Shown here in pieces: positions 48,466 through 57,504 of a stretch of 64,000 bases of DNA (within the stretch, counting starts at the first letter, position 1; the number at the start of each line of letters is the position of its first letter). Under the pieces are notes generated by a model that had not been told where the DNA came from, searched no databases, and worked only from the letters and a program-made list of their open reading frames with translations. A program made the position numbers and the translations under genes. Origin of the DNA: an uncultured Aliarcobacter sp. (lineage in GTDB: Bacteria > Campylobacterota > Campylobacteria > Campylobacterales > Arcobacteraceae). The stretch covers positions 1,184,001 to 1,248,000 of the forward strand of contig OY781945.1 in the NCBI GenBank assembly GCA_963677435.1, given 5' to 3'.

Positions 48466-49323
48466 ATGAATAATATATCTAATATTGTAGTTTATAATGA
48501 TGGTGAATTGGAACTAAAAGTTTCAGTAAATATTGAAACTGTATGGCTAAATAGAACTCAACTATCTGAACTTTTTGGTAGAGATGTAAAAACTATTGGT
48601 AAACATATTAATAATGTATTTGAAGAAAAAGAGTTAGAGAAGATTTCAGTTGTCGCAAATTTTGCGACAACTGCATTGGATGGTAAAACATACAATGTCG
48701 AATACTATAATTTAGATGTTATTATCTCAGTAGGATATAGAGTGAAATCTCAAAAAGGTGTTAAGTTTAGGCAATGGGCAACTACAATTCTAAAAAATTA
48801 TATTCAAAATGGTTATGCAATAAATAGCGATAAAATTACAAATGAAAGATTTGTTTCTTTAGAAAAAAATGTGAATATTTTAAAAAATAAAATTGATAAT
48901 ATCTCAGCTAAATTTGAAGATAATAGTTTGAAAATCAAACAAGGTATTTTTTTTGATGGGCAAGTTTATGATGCTTATAGTTTTGTATCAGATTTAATAA
49001 AAAAAGCAAAAGATGAGATAATACTTATTGATAATTACATTGATGATACAACTTTGACACTTTTCTCAAAAACTCCTCAAATAAAAGTGACAATATTTAC
49101 AAATACAATTTCAAAGCAACTTAAACTTGATTTTGAAAAGTATTCAAAACAGTATGATAATATTACTTTAAAAACTTTTCAAAATTCACATGATAGGTTT
49201 TTGATAATTGATAAAAAAGAGATTTTTCATATAGGTGCAAGTATCAAAGACCTTGGCAAAAAATGGTTTGCTTTTTCAAAGATAAACCTTGATATTGATG
49301 ACTTAATAAAAAAACTTAATTAG
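48466..49323 (+). CDS. RhuM-family protein with PLD-like C-terminal domain
   Basis: ETVWL..QLSELF, YNLDVIISVGYRVKS..G..FRQWA; LIDNY, HDRFLIID, HIGASIKDLG. Confidence 0.85.
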   Translation: MNNISNIVVYNDGELELKVSVNIETVWLNRTQLSELFGRDVKTIGKHINNVFEEKELEKISVVANFATTALDGKTYNVEYYNLDVIISVGYRVKSQKGVKFRQWATTILKNYIQNGYAINSDKITNERFVSLEKNVNILKNKIDNISAKFEDNSLKIKQGIFFDGQVYDAYSFVSDLIKKAKDEIILIDNYIDDTTLTLFSKTPQIKVTIFTNTISKQLKLDFEKYSKQYDNITLKTFQNSHDRFLIIDKKEIFHIGASIKDLGKKWFAFSKINLDIDDLIKKLN

Positions 49324-49330
49324 GAAAAAC

Positions 49331-50416
49331 ATGGCAGAACAACTAAAAAATTTATATTCAAAAGAGTTTATTTTAAAACTTGCAAATAAACTTTTTTTGA
49401 CTCATGAGAACTTTGAAAAAGAAAATTTTATAAACTCTATTTTTGATAACACTTGGGAAAATTTAGAACTAAAGATGCGAATGCGACATATTGCTCTTAC
49501 TTTAAATAAATATTTACCTTTTGCATACAAAAAACAAGTTGAGATTTTAAAAGAGGTAAAAAAAGATTTTGGTGGCCTTGAAGCTATGGTTTTTCAAGAT
49601 TTTGTTGAGGTTTTTGGGCTTGATGATTTAGAAGAGTCTTTAAATGCTTTAGAAATTTTTACCATTGATTCTAGTAGTGAGTTTGCTATTCGGCAGTTTA
49701 TTTTAAAATATGAAGAAGAAACTATGCAGCAAATGAAAATTTGGAGTCAAAGTTCTAATGAGCATTTGAGAAGACTTGCCAGTGAAGGTTGTCGTCCAAG
49801 ACTTCCTTGGGCTGTAGCACTTCCTTTATTTAAAAGAGACCCAACAAAAGTTTTAGAAATAATTGAACTTCTAAAAAATGATAAAAGTTTGTATGTGAGA
49901 AAATCTGTTGCAAACAATCTAAATGATATTTCAAAAGACAATCCAGAACTTGTAATAGAGTTTGTAAAAGCAAATCTTGGAAGTACAAAAGAGCTGGATT
50001 GGATTTGTAAACATGCATCTCGAACACTTCTAAAAAAAGGCGATAAGCAGATTTTAGACTTGTTTGATTTTTCTAAGTCAAATCATATTAATCTCATAGA
50101 TTTTTGTTATGATAAAAGTGTAAATGTAGATGAAAATTTGACTTTTTCCTTTGAAATAAATTCAAGTGAAAGTATTGGAAATATCAGAGTTGAATACGCT
50201 ATTGATTATCTAAAATCAAACAAAACTCACAATAGAAAAATCTTTATGATAAGCCAAAATGAGATAAAATCATCTTCAAAAAAGTTTACAAAAAAACAGA
50301 GTTTTAAAAATATGACAACACGAAAACACTATTTAGGAAAGCATTTTATTACAATTTTGATAAATGGTGTTGAAGTTTTAAAAGAGGAATTTTACTTAAA
50401 TGACACCAGCGATTGA
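49331..50416 (+). CDS. DNA alkylation repair protein (AlkC-like HEAT-repeat glycosylase)
   Basis: [39 protein letters not shown]. Confidence 0.88.
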   Translation: MAEQLKNLYSKEFILKLANKLFLTHENFEKENFINSIFDNTWENLELKMRMRHIALTLNKYLPFAYKKQVEILKEVKKDFGGLEAMVFQDFVEVFGLDDLEESLNALEIFTIDSSSEFAIRQFILKYEEETMQQMKIWSQSSNEHLRRLASEGCRPRLPWAVALPLFKRDPTKVLEIIELLKNDKSLYVRKSVANNLNDISKDNPELVIEFVKANLGSTKELDWICKHASRTLLKKGDKQILDLFDFSKSNHINLIDFCYDKSVNVDENLTFSFEINSSESIGNIRVEYAIDYLKSNKTHNRKIFMISQNEIKSSSKKFTKKQSFKNMTTRKHYLGKHFITILINGVEVLKEEFYLNDTSD

Positions 50417-50867
50417 TTTACTTAAAAAAAACAAATGTGATTTTAAAATACACAAATATGACCACGACCCAGCTTGTACAAATTTTGGTGATGAAGCTGT
50501 GGAAAAACTTGGCCTTGATGCTGCGCAGGTTTACAAAACTTTACTTGTGGAACTAACTCCAAAAGAGTTGGCAGTTTGTGTTTTGCCTGTTTCAAATCAG
50601 TTAAGTCTAAAAGATGTAGCAGCTGCTTTTGGAGTTAAAAAAGCAGCAATGGCAAATAAAGATGAAGCTCAAAAAGTAACTGGTTATTTACTTGGTGGAA
50701 TATCACCTTTGGGACAAAAAAAGAGACTAAAAACTGTTCTTGACCAAAGTGTTAAAAACTTTGATACTATCTTTATTAGTGGTGGTAAACGAGGACTTGA
50801 TATTGAGGTTAAACCCCAAGATTTAGAGAAGTTATTAAGCGCAAAGATATATAAAGTTACAGTTTGA
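50400..50867 (+). CDS. ybaK: Cys-tRNA(Pro) deacylase
   Basis: [30 protein letters not shown]. Confidence 0.92.
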   Translation: MTPAIDLLKKNKCDFKIHKYDHDPACTNFGDEAVEKLGLDAAQVYKTLLVELTPKELAVCVLPVSNQLSLKDVAAAFGVKKAAMANKDEAQKVTGYLLGGISPLGQKKRLKTVLDQSVKNFDTIFISGGKRGLDIEVKPQDLEKLLSAKIYKVTV

Positions 50868-51009
50868 TAATATTAGCTTTTTTAAACAAGACAATAGAAA
50901 TATACTAGCATTGACTGATTATTTTATTTTCTTTTTAATATAACTTTAAGTTATGATTTAGGGATTAAGTTTAGATTAGTTATAGTTATAAAAATATAAA
51001 GGAGTTCTT

Positions 51010-51219
51010 ATGAGTAAGTTAAATAAGGGTGAACCAAGTTTAGAAAAAATTGATGATTATAATGGGAATGAATCAAAACAAAAAAGAAATACTATAAGAC
51101 TTGTAGTAATTTTATTATTAGTTGTTGGTGGAATTTTCGCCTATTTAAAAAGCACTTCAATTCCGACTGATTATGTTGGAACTCAAGAGCAATCAAATGT
51201 TGAAATTATTAAAAAATAA
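51010..51219 (+). CDS. Small single-TM hypothetical protein
   Basis: AAGGAG RBS; LEKIDDYNGNES..KR followed by one TM helix. Confidence 0.7.
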   Translation: MSKLNKGEPSLEKIDDYNGNESKQKRNTIRLVVILLLVVGGIFAYLKSTSIPTDYVGTQEQSNVEIIKK

Positions 51220-51235
51220 AAGGAAATAAAAAATA

Positions 51236-51718
51236 ATGAAAAAAAGATTGATGGTTATGTCATTAGTATTAAGTTTTTTATCATCATTAAACGCAAATGA
51301 ATTTGATACAAAAGTATCAGTTGGGGCAAGTGCCGCTAAAATAGATGGAGACAGTTACACTCAATATGGTGTTGGATATACATCAAATACAAGATTAGAT
51401 AATGGAATTATTTTAGGTTTTGGGAATAGTTTATCTTATGGTAGTGCAAAAAATGGTGTTGAAGTAATTAGTGGTGATATGGATTTAAGAGCTGGTTATG
51501 AAATTGTTGAGAATTTAACTGGTTTTGCAATTGGAACAGGTGTTGCTCAAAGTGTTGATAGTGGTTCAGCTGTAGGTCTTGGGTACGGTGGTTCTTTAGA
51601 GTATAGACTATCTTCAAATGTTGCAATTGAAGGAAGTTATAAAACTGTTTCAATGAATGACTCGCCAAGGGATTATGATTATGATACATCAAATCTTGCA
51701 GTAAAGTTCAACTTTTAG
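51236..51718 (+). CDS. Small outer-membrane beta-barrel protein
   Basis: Signal peptide, alternating Gly/aromatic strands, terminal Phe. Confidence 0.75.
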   Translation: MKKRLMVMSLVLSFLSSLNANEFDTKVSVGASAAKIDGDSYTQYGVGYTSNTRLDNGIILGFGNSLSYGSAKNGVEVISGDMDLRAGYEIVENLTGFAIGTGVAQSVDSGSAVGLGYGGSLEYRLSSNVAIEGSYKTVSMNDSPRDYDYDTSNLAVKFNF

Positions 51719-51734
51719 AAGTTGAACTTTATTT

Positions 51735-53036
51735 ATGTTAATTAACCTAAATCAATACCACCAAAATACAAAACATTCATACAATTCAATCCGAATAAAT
51801 CCAAATAGAGTGGATTGGAATAATCCTCCAAATAAATTCAAATTTTATCCCAAAGACTATACTCGAATTCCATTACTTTCTCAAAATGACAACTACAATT
51901 TTTTATATTTAATTAGTGGAATTAGTGCTAAAAAAACTTATCCAGGTGTTGAATATTATCTAAGAGTAAATCCAAGTGCAGGTGCTTTATATCCAAATGA
52001 ACTATATTTTCAAGTACGAAACATAGATGGTTTTGAAGATGGAATTTATCACTTAGAAGTTGCAAGTTCAAGCGCAGTATTATTGCAAAAACTTGAAATT
52101 AATGAGGGAATAGAAGAACTTTTAGAATTATCATACAGTGTCGATGGTTTTATATTTTTTGTTTCGTCTTTATATTTTAGGTCATCTTGGAAATACAAAA
52201 ATAGGGCATTTCGATACTGTTTATTGGATGCTGGACATTTAATTGGAACAATTGAAGCTAGTTCTTATTTATTTGATAAAGATTTTGAATTGATATATGA
52301 TTTTCCTAAAGAGAAATTAAATGAGTTCTTTTCTTTTGATGAAAAAGAATTTTTTACTTCTATTGTAATTGCTGGAAAAAAACAACAAAGTAAAAAAGAG
52401 AGTTTTTCATTGTCTCTTCCAACTTTAGATGGAGCTAGTTATATAGAAGAAAATATCTCATTTTTTGAGAAAAATAAGCTAGTTGAAATAGCTTATCAAG
52501 ATAGTTTAAAAATAGTAGATAAAAAAGCCCAAGAAAAAAGTGCTATTTTTAATTTTCAAAAACAAAGACTTCAAGATACAATTTTTAAAAGAAGATCAAT
52601 ACGAGAGTTTACAAAACAAAGTATCTCAAAAGTTCAATTTGAATCAATAATGGGTGTAGTAAATCAAGCAATTAAAAGTGATTGTGATGAGCAAGTGGAT
52701 ATTTATTACACTATAAATAGAGTTGAAGGTTATATTTTAGGCCTTTATAAAAATGGAGAACTTCTTAAAACAGGAGATTTTAACTCTAAAGCTGGATATT
52801 TATGTTTAGAACAAGATTTAGGAACCTCAAGTGCAGTTACTTTTTTCTTAACATCAAAAGGCAAAAACTACCAAGAACTTTATCAAAAAGCTGGTCTTCT
52901 TGGACATAGACTTTATATTGCTTCAAATTATTTAGATATTGGTTGTAGTGGAATAGGGGCTTATTATGATGATGAAGTTTGTGAGTTTATAGAAGAAAAT
53001 ACAATGGTCTTATACGCATTAGCTATTGGAAACTAA
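51735..53036 (+). CDS. SagB/ThcOx-like tandem nitroreductase-family protein
   Basis: YHQNTKH, RVNPSAGALYPNE, WKY..RAFRY..LDAGH, RRSIR, SGIGAYYDD. Confidence 0.88.
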   Translation: MLINLNQYHQNTKHSYNSIRINPNRVDWNNPPNKFKFYPKDYTRIPLLSQNDNYNFLYLISGISAKKTYPGVEYYLRVNPSAGALYPNELYFQVRNIDGFEDGIYHLEVASSSAVLLQKLEINEGIEELLELSYSVDGFIFFVSSLYFRSSWKYKNRAFRYCLLDAGHLIGTIEASSYLFDKDFELIYDFPKEKLNEFFSFDEKEFFTSIVIAGKKQQSKKESFSLSLPTLDGASYIEENISFFEKNKLVEIAYQDSLKIVDKKAQEKSAIFNFQKQRLQDTIFKRRSIREFTKQSISKVQFESIMGVVNQAIKSDCDEQVDIYYTINRVEGYILGLYKNGELLKTGDFNSKAGYLCLEQDLGTSSAVTFFLTSKGKNYQELYQKAGLLGHRLYIASNYLDIGCSGIGAYYDDEVCEFIEENTMVLYALAIGN

Positions 53037-53046
53037 AAGTTTATCT

Positions 53047-55599
53047 CTAAAAAGAGATAAACTTGTTACTTGGTTTCCCAATATGGAAACCTTGATAATA
53101 GTCTATTTCTAAATCATTTAGAACTTCAACTATCTCTTCATTTTCAACAAATTCTGCAATTGTATGAATTTTTAACTCTTTTGCTAAAGTTACGATACTA
53201 TTTACAAAAGCTCTATCTTTTTCATCTTTATTAATATTTATAATAAAATCACCATCAATTTTTACATAATCAATAGGGAACTTTTTAATATAGTGAAACG
53301 ATGAAAATCCTGAACCAAAGTCATCAATGGCAAATTTGTATCCATCTGCTTTTAGATTATGCACAAATTTTTCTAATAAAGAGAAGTTTTTTACAGTTTC
53401 TCGCTCCGTAATTTCAAATACAATTTTTTCTTTGTTAATATTATATTTTAAAACAAAAGCATTTATCTTATTTATAAAATCTCCCATGATTAGAGATTTT
53501 GGAGATAGATTAATAAATAAAATTCCCTCATAGTTAGTTCTTTGTATCTCTTTGAAAGCTTTTTCAATAACCATTAAATCCATTGTATTTATAAGTCCTC
53601 TTGCTTCTGCTATTTCTATAAACTCATAAGCTGAAACAATTTTTCCATCTTGATTTATTCTCATTAATAATTCATGAATCACAAGATTATTTTTTGAAGT
53701 AGCTGGTTTTATAGGTTGAAAATATGGATGAATTTCATCATTTTCTATAGCTCTAATTAACAATGACGATTTCTCTTGATTTGTTTTTAAAATATCTGAA
53801 ATATCTTGTTCATTTGGAATTTTAATAGAGTTTTTACCTTCTTCTTTTACTTGATACATCATTGCATCTGCAATAACAAACATATCTTGTTGAGATAAAG
53901 TATGGATTGGATAAACACAAATTCCAATAGAAATAGTTATACCAACTTTTGTTCCATCAGGGGCAATTAATTTTTCATTTTCAATTTTTTTTGAAATTCT
54001 ATTTGCAACTGTTAGTGCTCCATTTTCGTCACATTCAGGAAGAATAATAGTAAATTCATCTCCTCCATATCTTGCAACTATATCTTCATCTCTTTTTTCA
54101 TCTTCAAGAATATTTGCAACTGTTTGTAAAAATTTATCTCCAAAAGCATGACCAAAATTATCATTTATAGGTTTGAAGTTATCACAATCTATAACCATTA
54201 AAGCAAATGGATATTCATGCTTTGCAGCTCTTTTTATTTCATAACACATCATATCATTAAAAACTCTTTGATTAAAAAGGTCTGTTAATGGATCCCTTGC
54301 AGCATAATATTCTAAATCTTGAGTATATTTATGAATAGCTTTTACAGAACCCACAAGATTTGCCATTGTTGTTAAAATAGAGTCAATTACTATATATCTA
54401 ACAGGATCACTTGCAAAAACTGATTGTAATCCAATTCCAACAATTCCTCCGATTTTTGGGCTATCTAAAAATAGAGATTTTGAACGATATTCAATATTAT
54501 CTTCTACTAATTCATTTAAACATCTATTTCTATCTGCCACAATATGTTTAATTTTAAAATCTGTCATCTCTTTGAAATAATCAGATTCTCTAATTGTCTT
54601 ATTTATATATTCATCAAAAAGCTCTTTTTGATGTTCAAGTGGTGTTCCAAGCCAAAAAATATCAACTTCAAATTGATCTTCACCAACTCTAAAAATAGTC
54701 ATTAAAGTGTAAGTTTCCATGATTTTATTTATCTCTATTAATAAATCACAAATAAACTCTCTCCAATCTTTTACCACATCAGAAGTTATAATAAATTTAT
54801 CTAAAAGTCTTATTTCAAACTCTAATAACTCTTTATCAACAGCAACAGCTTTTAGCTTATCAGCCATTAAATCTACATTGTGTACTACTTGATTGAACTC
54901 TTTGAAATATAAATCTATATTTTTTGAATCAAAAGCTTTAAAGTCTTGAACTGAATTTATATTTTTAACTTTTTCATTAAATAAAGTTAAATTTTTTATA
55001 ATAGGTCTTGTTGTGTATCTTGATGATAAAAAAGCAACAAGATAAAATATAGGAATGATAATAAAGAAAAAAGCAATATATTGATATTTTGATTCTGAAA
55101 AAATAGAGTTAAGATCTTGTTTTACTTCTAAAACTCCTAAAATATCTCCAACTTGAGCATTTGTATGACAAGCTAAACAATCTGTTGTTGCTTTTAATGG
55201 TAAGATATTTCTTACAATATTATTTTCAAAACTATCAAGTTTTTCTATTTTCCCATTTAAAATATCTACTAAAGTACTATCTTTTTCTTTTTCTTCAATA
55301 TCTCCAAAAAGTGCTCTTACTTTATTTCCCCTATAAAGATTGATTTTATAATTACTACTTTCAAAATTATCTTCTAAAGATTGTGTAAATAATTTTATAT
55401 CATCTTTACTCCAGCCTTTTCTCATTACTTGATACATTGAAGAAAATACTTGATTTGATATTGCTTTTGAGTGTTGTAATGCTTCTTGTTTAGTAAGTGT
55501 TGTATGTAAATATGTACTAAAAACAAAGCAGATAAAAAAAATCAGTGAAACCAAAATTATTTGTCTTGAAAAGATATAATTTTTGAAAGTTTTCTTCAT
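53047..55599 (-). CDS. Membrane GGDEF-EAL protein with periplasmic CxxCH heme-c motif
   Basis: Two TM segments flanking CLACH; intact RYGGDEF; ELL and DDFGSGFSS; start reassigned to ATG 55599 (AGGA RBS). Confidence 0.9.
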   Translation of the reverse strand: MKKTFKNYIFSRQIILVSLIFFICFVFSTYLHTTLTKQEALQHSKAISNQVFSSMYQVMRKGWSKDDIKLFTQSLEDNFESSNYKINLYRGNKVRALFGDIEEKEKDSTLVDILNGKIEKLDSFENNIVRNILPLKATTDCLACHTNAQVGDILGVLEVKQDLNSIFSESKYQYIAFFFIIIPIFYLVAFLSSRYTTRPIIKNLTLFNEKVKNINSVQDFKAFDSKNIDLYFKEFNQVVHNVDLMADKLKAVAVDKELLEFEIRLLDKFIITSDVVKDWREFICDLLIEINKIMETYTLMTIFRVGEDQFEVDIFWLGTPLEHQKELFDEYINKTIRESDYFKEMTDFKIKHIVADRNRCLNELVEDNIEYRSKSLFLDSPKIGGIVGIGLQSVFASDPVRYIVIDSILTTMANLVGSVKAIHKYTQDLEYYAARDPLTDLFNQRVFNDMMCYEIKRAAKHEYPFALMVIDCDNFKPINDNFGHAFGDKFLQTVANILEDEKRDEDIVARYGGDEFTIILPECDENGALTVANRISKKIENEKLIAPDGTKVGITISIGICVYPIHTLSQQDMFVIADAMMYQVKEEGKNSIKIPNEQDISDILKTNQEKSSLLIRAIENDEIHPYFQPIKPATSKNNLVIHELLMRINQDGKIVSAYEFIEIAEARGLINTMDLMVIEKAFKEIQRTNYEGILFINLSPKSLIMGDFINKINAFVLKYNINKEKIVFEITERETVKNFSLLEKFVHNLKADGYKFAIDDFGSGFSSFHYIKKFPIDYVKIDGDFIININKDEKDRAFVNSIVTLAKELKIHTIAEFVENEEIVEVLNDLEIDYYQGFHIGKPSNKFISF

Positions 55600-55752
55600 A
55601 ATGAGTCCTAGAAAAGTGTATTTTAAATAGTAGCAAAAAAAAGTTAATTTACTACATAAATTATTGAGAAATATTATTAAATTTAACAAAGTATTGAGAA
55701 GCTAAGATGAAAAAAATTATTAATTAATAAAAATGGGATTCACCCATCTTTA

Positions 55753-56187
55753 TTAATCGTGAGGAGTATTAACCATCCAAATTGAAAAAATATCTAAGTA
55801 ATTCCAAAAAGATTGTTTTAAATCATCAGGCATATCAACAGAAGATAAAACCATTATATAAGATTCTAGCCAAATCATTCTAGCTTCAGGAGTAATCTTA
55901 AAAGCTTGGTGTCTTCCTGCCATCATTGGTGCACCTCTACTTTGATTAAAATAATCAGGTCCACCACAGATTTGAATAAAAAAATCAGCAGAGTGTTTTT
56001 TTGCCAATTCAAATCCCTCATCTGTTGGAGGAAATAATCCTTTTATGTTACTTTGTCTTAATAAATCATAATGATCTGAGATTATTTGTCTCATTTTTTC
56101 TTCACCTAAAAATTTTAAAACTTCAGGTGATGGTTTTACAACAGGAGGTCTTTGTCCAAATTGTGCTTGTGTTATAGTAAATTGCAT
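55753..56187 (-). CDS. Truncated (2/2) globin
   Basis: LFP, ADFFIQICGGPDYF...GAPMM..RH..F.IT..AR..WL, MVNT. Confidence 0.85.
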   Translation of the reverse strand: MQFTITQAQFGQRPPVVKPSPEVLKFLGEEKMRQIISDHYDLLRQSNIKGLFPPTDEGFELAKKHSADFFIQICGGPDYFNQSRGAPMMAGRHQAFKITPEARMIWLESYIMVLSSVDMPDDLKQSFWNYLDIFSIWMVNTPHD

Positions 56188-56322
56188 TTTTATTAACCTT
56201 TAAAAAATAATAGTTTATCGCATAATTGCCTTAACATAATACAATATATTTAATTTTAAACACTTTTTAGAATGAAAAAAAGTTTACTATGTTAGAATGC
56301 CGAAACTAAAAGGTAAATTTTT

Positions 56323-56919
56323 ATGAATAGAAGTGTAGATGATATTATAGAGTGTTATAATTGTGGTTTATTTATAAAAAAAAATAACGCCCATATTCAT
56401 ACTCAACGATGTCCAAGATGTAATAGCAAAATTAAAGTTGAAAAAAAACATACAAATGATTCCTTATATTATTCAATTTCAGCGCTTTTATTATTTGGAA
56501 TATTAAATATTTATCCTATTATCTCTTTAAATATAAATGGTGAAGAACTACAAGCTACTTTATTTGGTACGGTATCAATTCTTTTAAAACAAAACTTCTT
56601 TTTTGTTTCTTTAGTTGTTTTTTTTACTATTATTTTGGCGCCTGTTCTTAACTCTTTAGTAATAATTTTTGCATTTATTCAAGATAGAACTAAAATAAGA
56701 TTTTTTACAGATACTTTACTTCATGATAGTTTTCATTTTTTTAAACATTGGGGATTTATAGAGGTTTTTGTAATAAGTATTATAGTTACATATATAAAAC
56801 TTGTTGGAATGGTTAGTAGTACAAAGTTTGATATTGGTTTTTATATTATGTTGGCATATATATTTTGTTTTTATATGTCAAATATAAAATTTGAAGGTAA
56901 AAGTGTATTTGAGGAATAA
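56323..56919 (+). CDS. pqiA: Paraquat-inducible protein A family (LetA-like), first unit
   Basis: CxxC...CPRC Zn motif, TM segments, WGFIEVF..YIKL. Confidence 0.85.
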   Translation: MNRSVDDIIECYNCGLFIKKNNAHIHTQRCPRCNSKIKVEKKHTNDSLYYSISALLLFGILNIYPIISLNINGEELQATLFGTVSILLKQNFFFVSLVVFFTIILAPVLNSLVIIFAFIQDRTKIRFFTDTLLHDSFHFFKHWGFIEVFVISIIVTYIKLVGMVSSTKFDIGFYIMLAYIFCFYMSNIKFEGKSVFEE

Positions 56920-57504
56920 ATGGTTTTAATATCTTGTAAAAATTGCCACAAAATGTATGAAAAACAAAATCATGATGATTTTGTATGCACTAGGTGTAAT
57001 CATCTGGTGAGAAAACGAATAAAAGACTCTTTACAAGTATCTTTAGCTCTTACAATTTGTGCAATATTACTTTATATTCCAGCTATGCTTTATCCTATTA
57101 TGGAAGTTACAAGGCTTGGATTAAAAGTTGAAAGTACTATTTTAGGGGGAGTAATTAGCTTTTTGGAATATAAAAGTTATTTTATTGCCTTTGTGGTTTT
57201 TACAGCAAGTGTTGTAATCCCAATGATAAAACTAGTTGGTTTACTTTTTATTTTTATTAGCATAAAAGTAAATGTAAGAATGAATAATAATAGAAAAATA
57301 TTAATATTTAAATTTATAGAAGCTATTGGAAAATGGTCAATGATTGATATTTATGTGGTTGCAATATTAGCTTCAGTTGTGCAACTTGATGAGATATTTA
57401 ATATAAAAGGAGGAATTGCTGCCACTTCCTTTGCATTAATGGTAATATTAACAATGATAGCAGCAAATAGATTTGATACAAGGATTATTTGGGATGAGCA
57501 ATGA
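56920..57504 (+). CDS. pqiA: Paraquat-inducible protein A family, second unit
   Basis: CxxC..CTRC, STILGGV, IGKWSMIDIYVV, FDTRIIWD. Confidence 0.88.
   Translation: MVLISCKNCHKMYEKQNHDDFVCTRCNHLVRKRIKDSLQVSLALTICAILLYIPAMLYPIMEVTRLGLKVESTILGGVISFLEYKSYFIAFVVFTASVVIPMIKLVGLLFIFISIKVNVRMNNNRKILIFKFIEAIGKWSMIDIYVVAILASVVQLDEIFNIKGGIAATSFALMVILTMIAANRFDTRIIWDEQ

Noticed and set aside
56323..57504. Two pqiA-like ORFs as a broken gene
   Set aside because: Each has its own Zn motif and start, the second has a GAGGA RBS, and they abut exactly; consistent with a natural two-gene form
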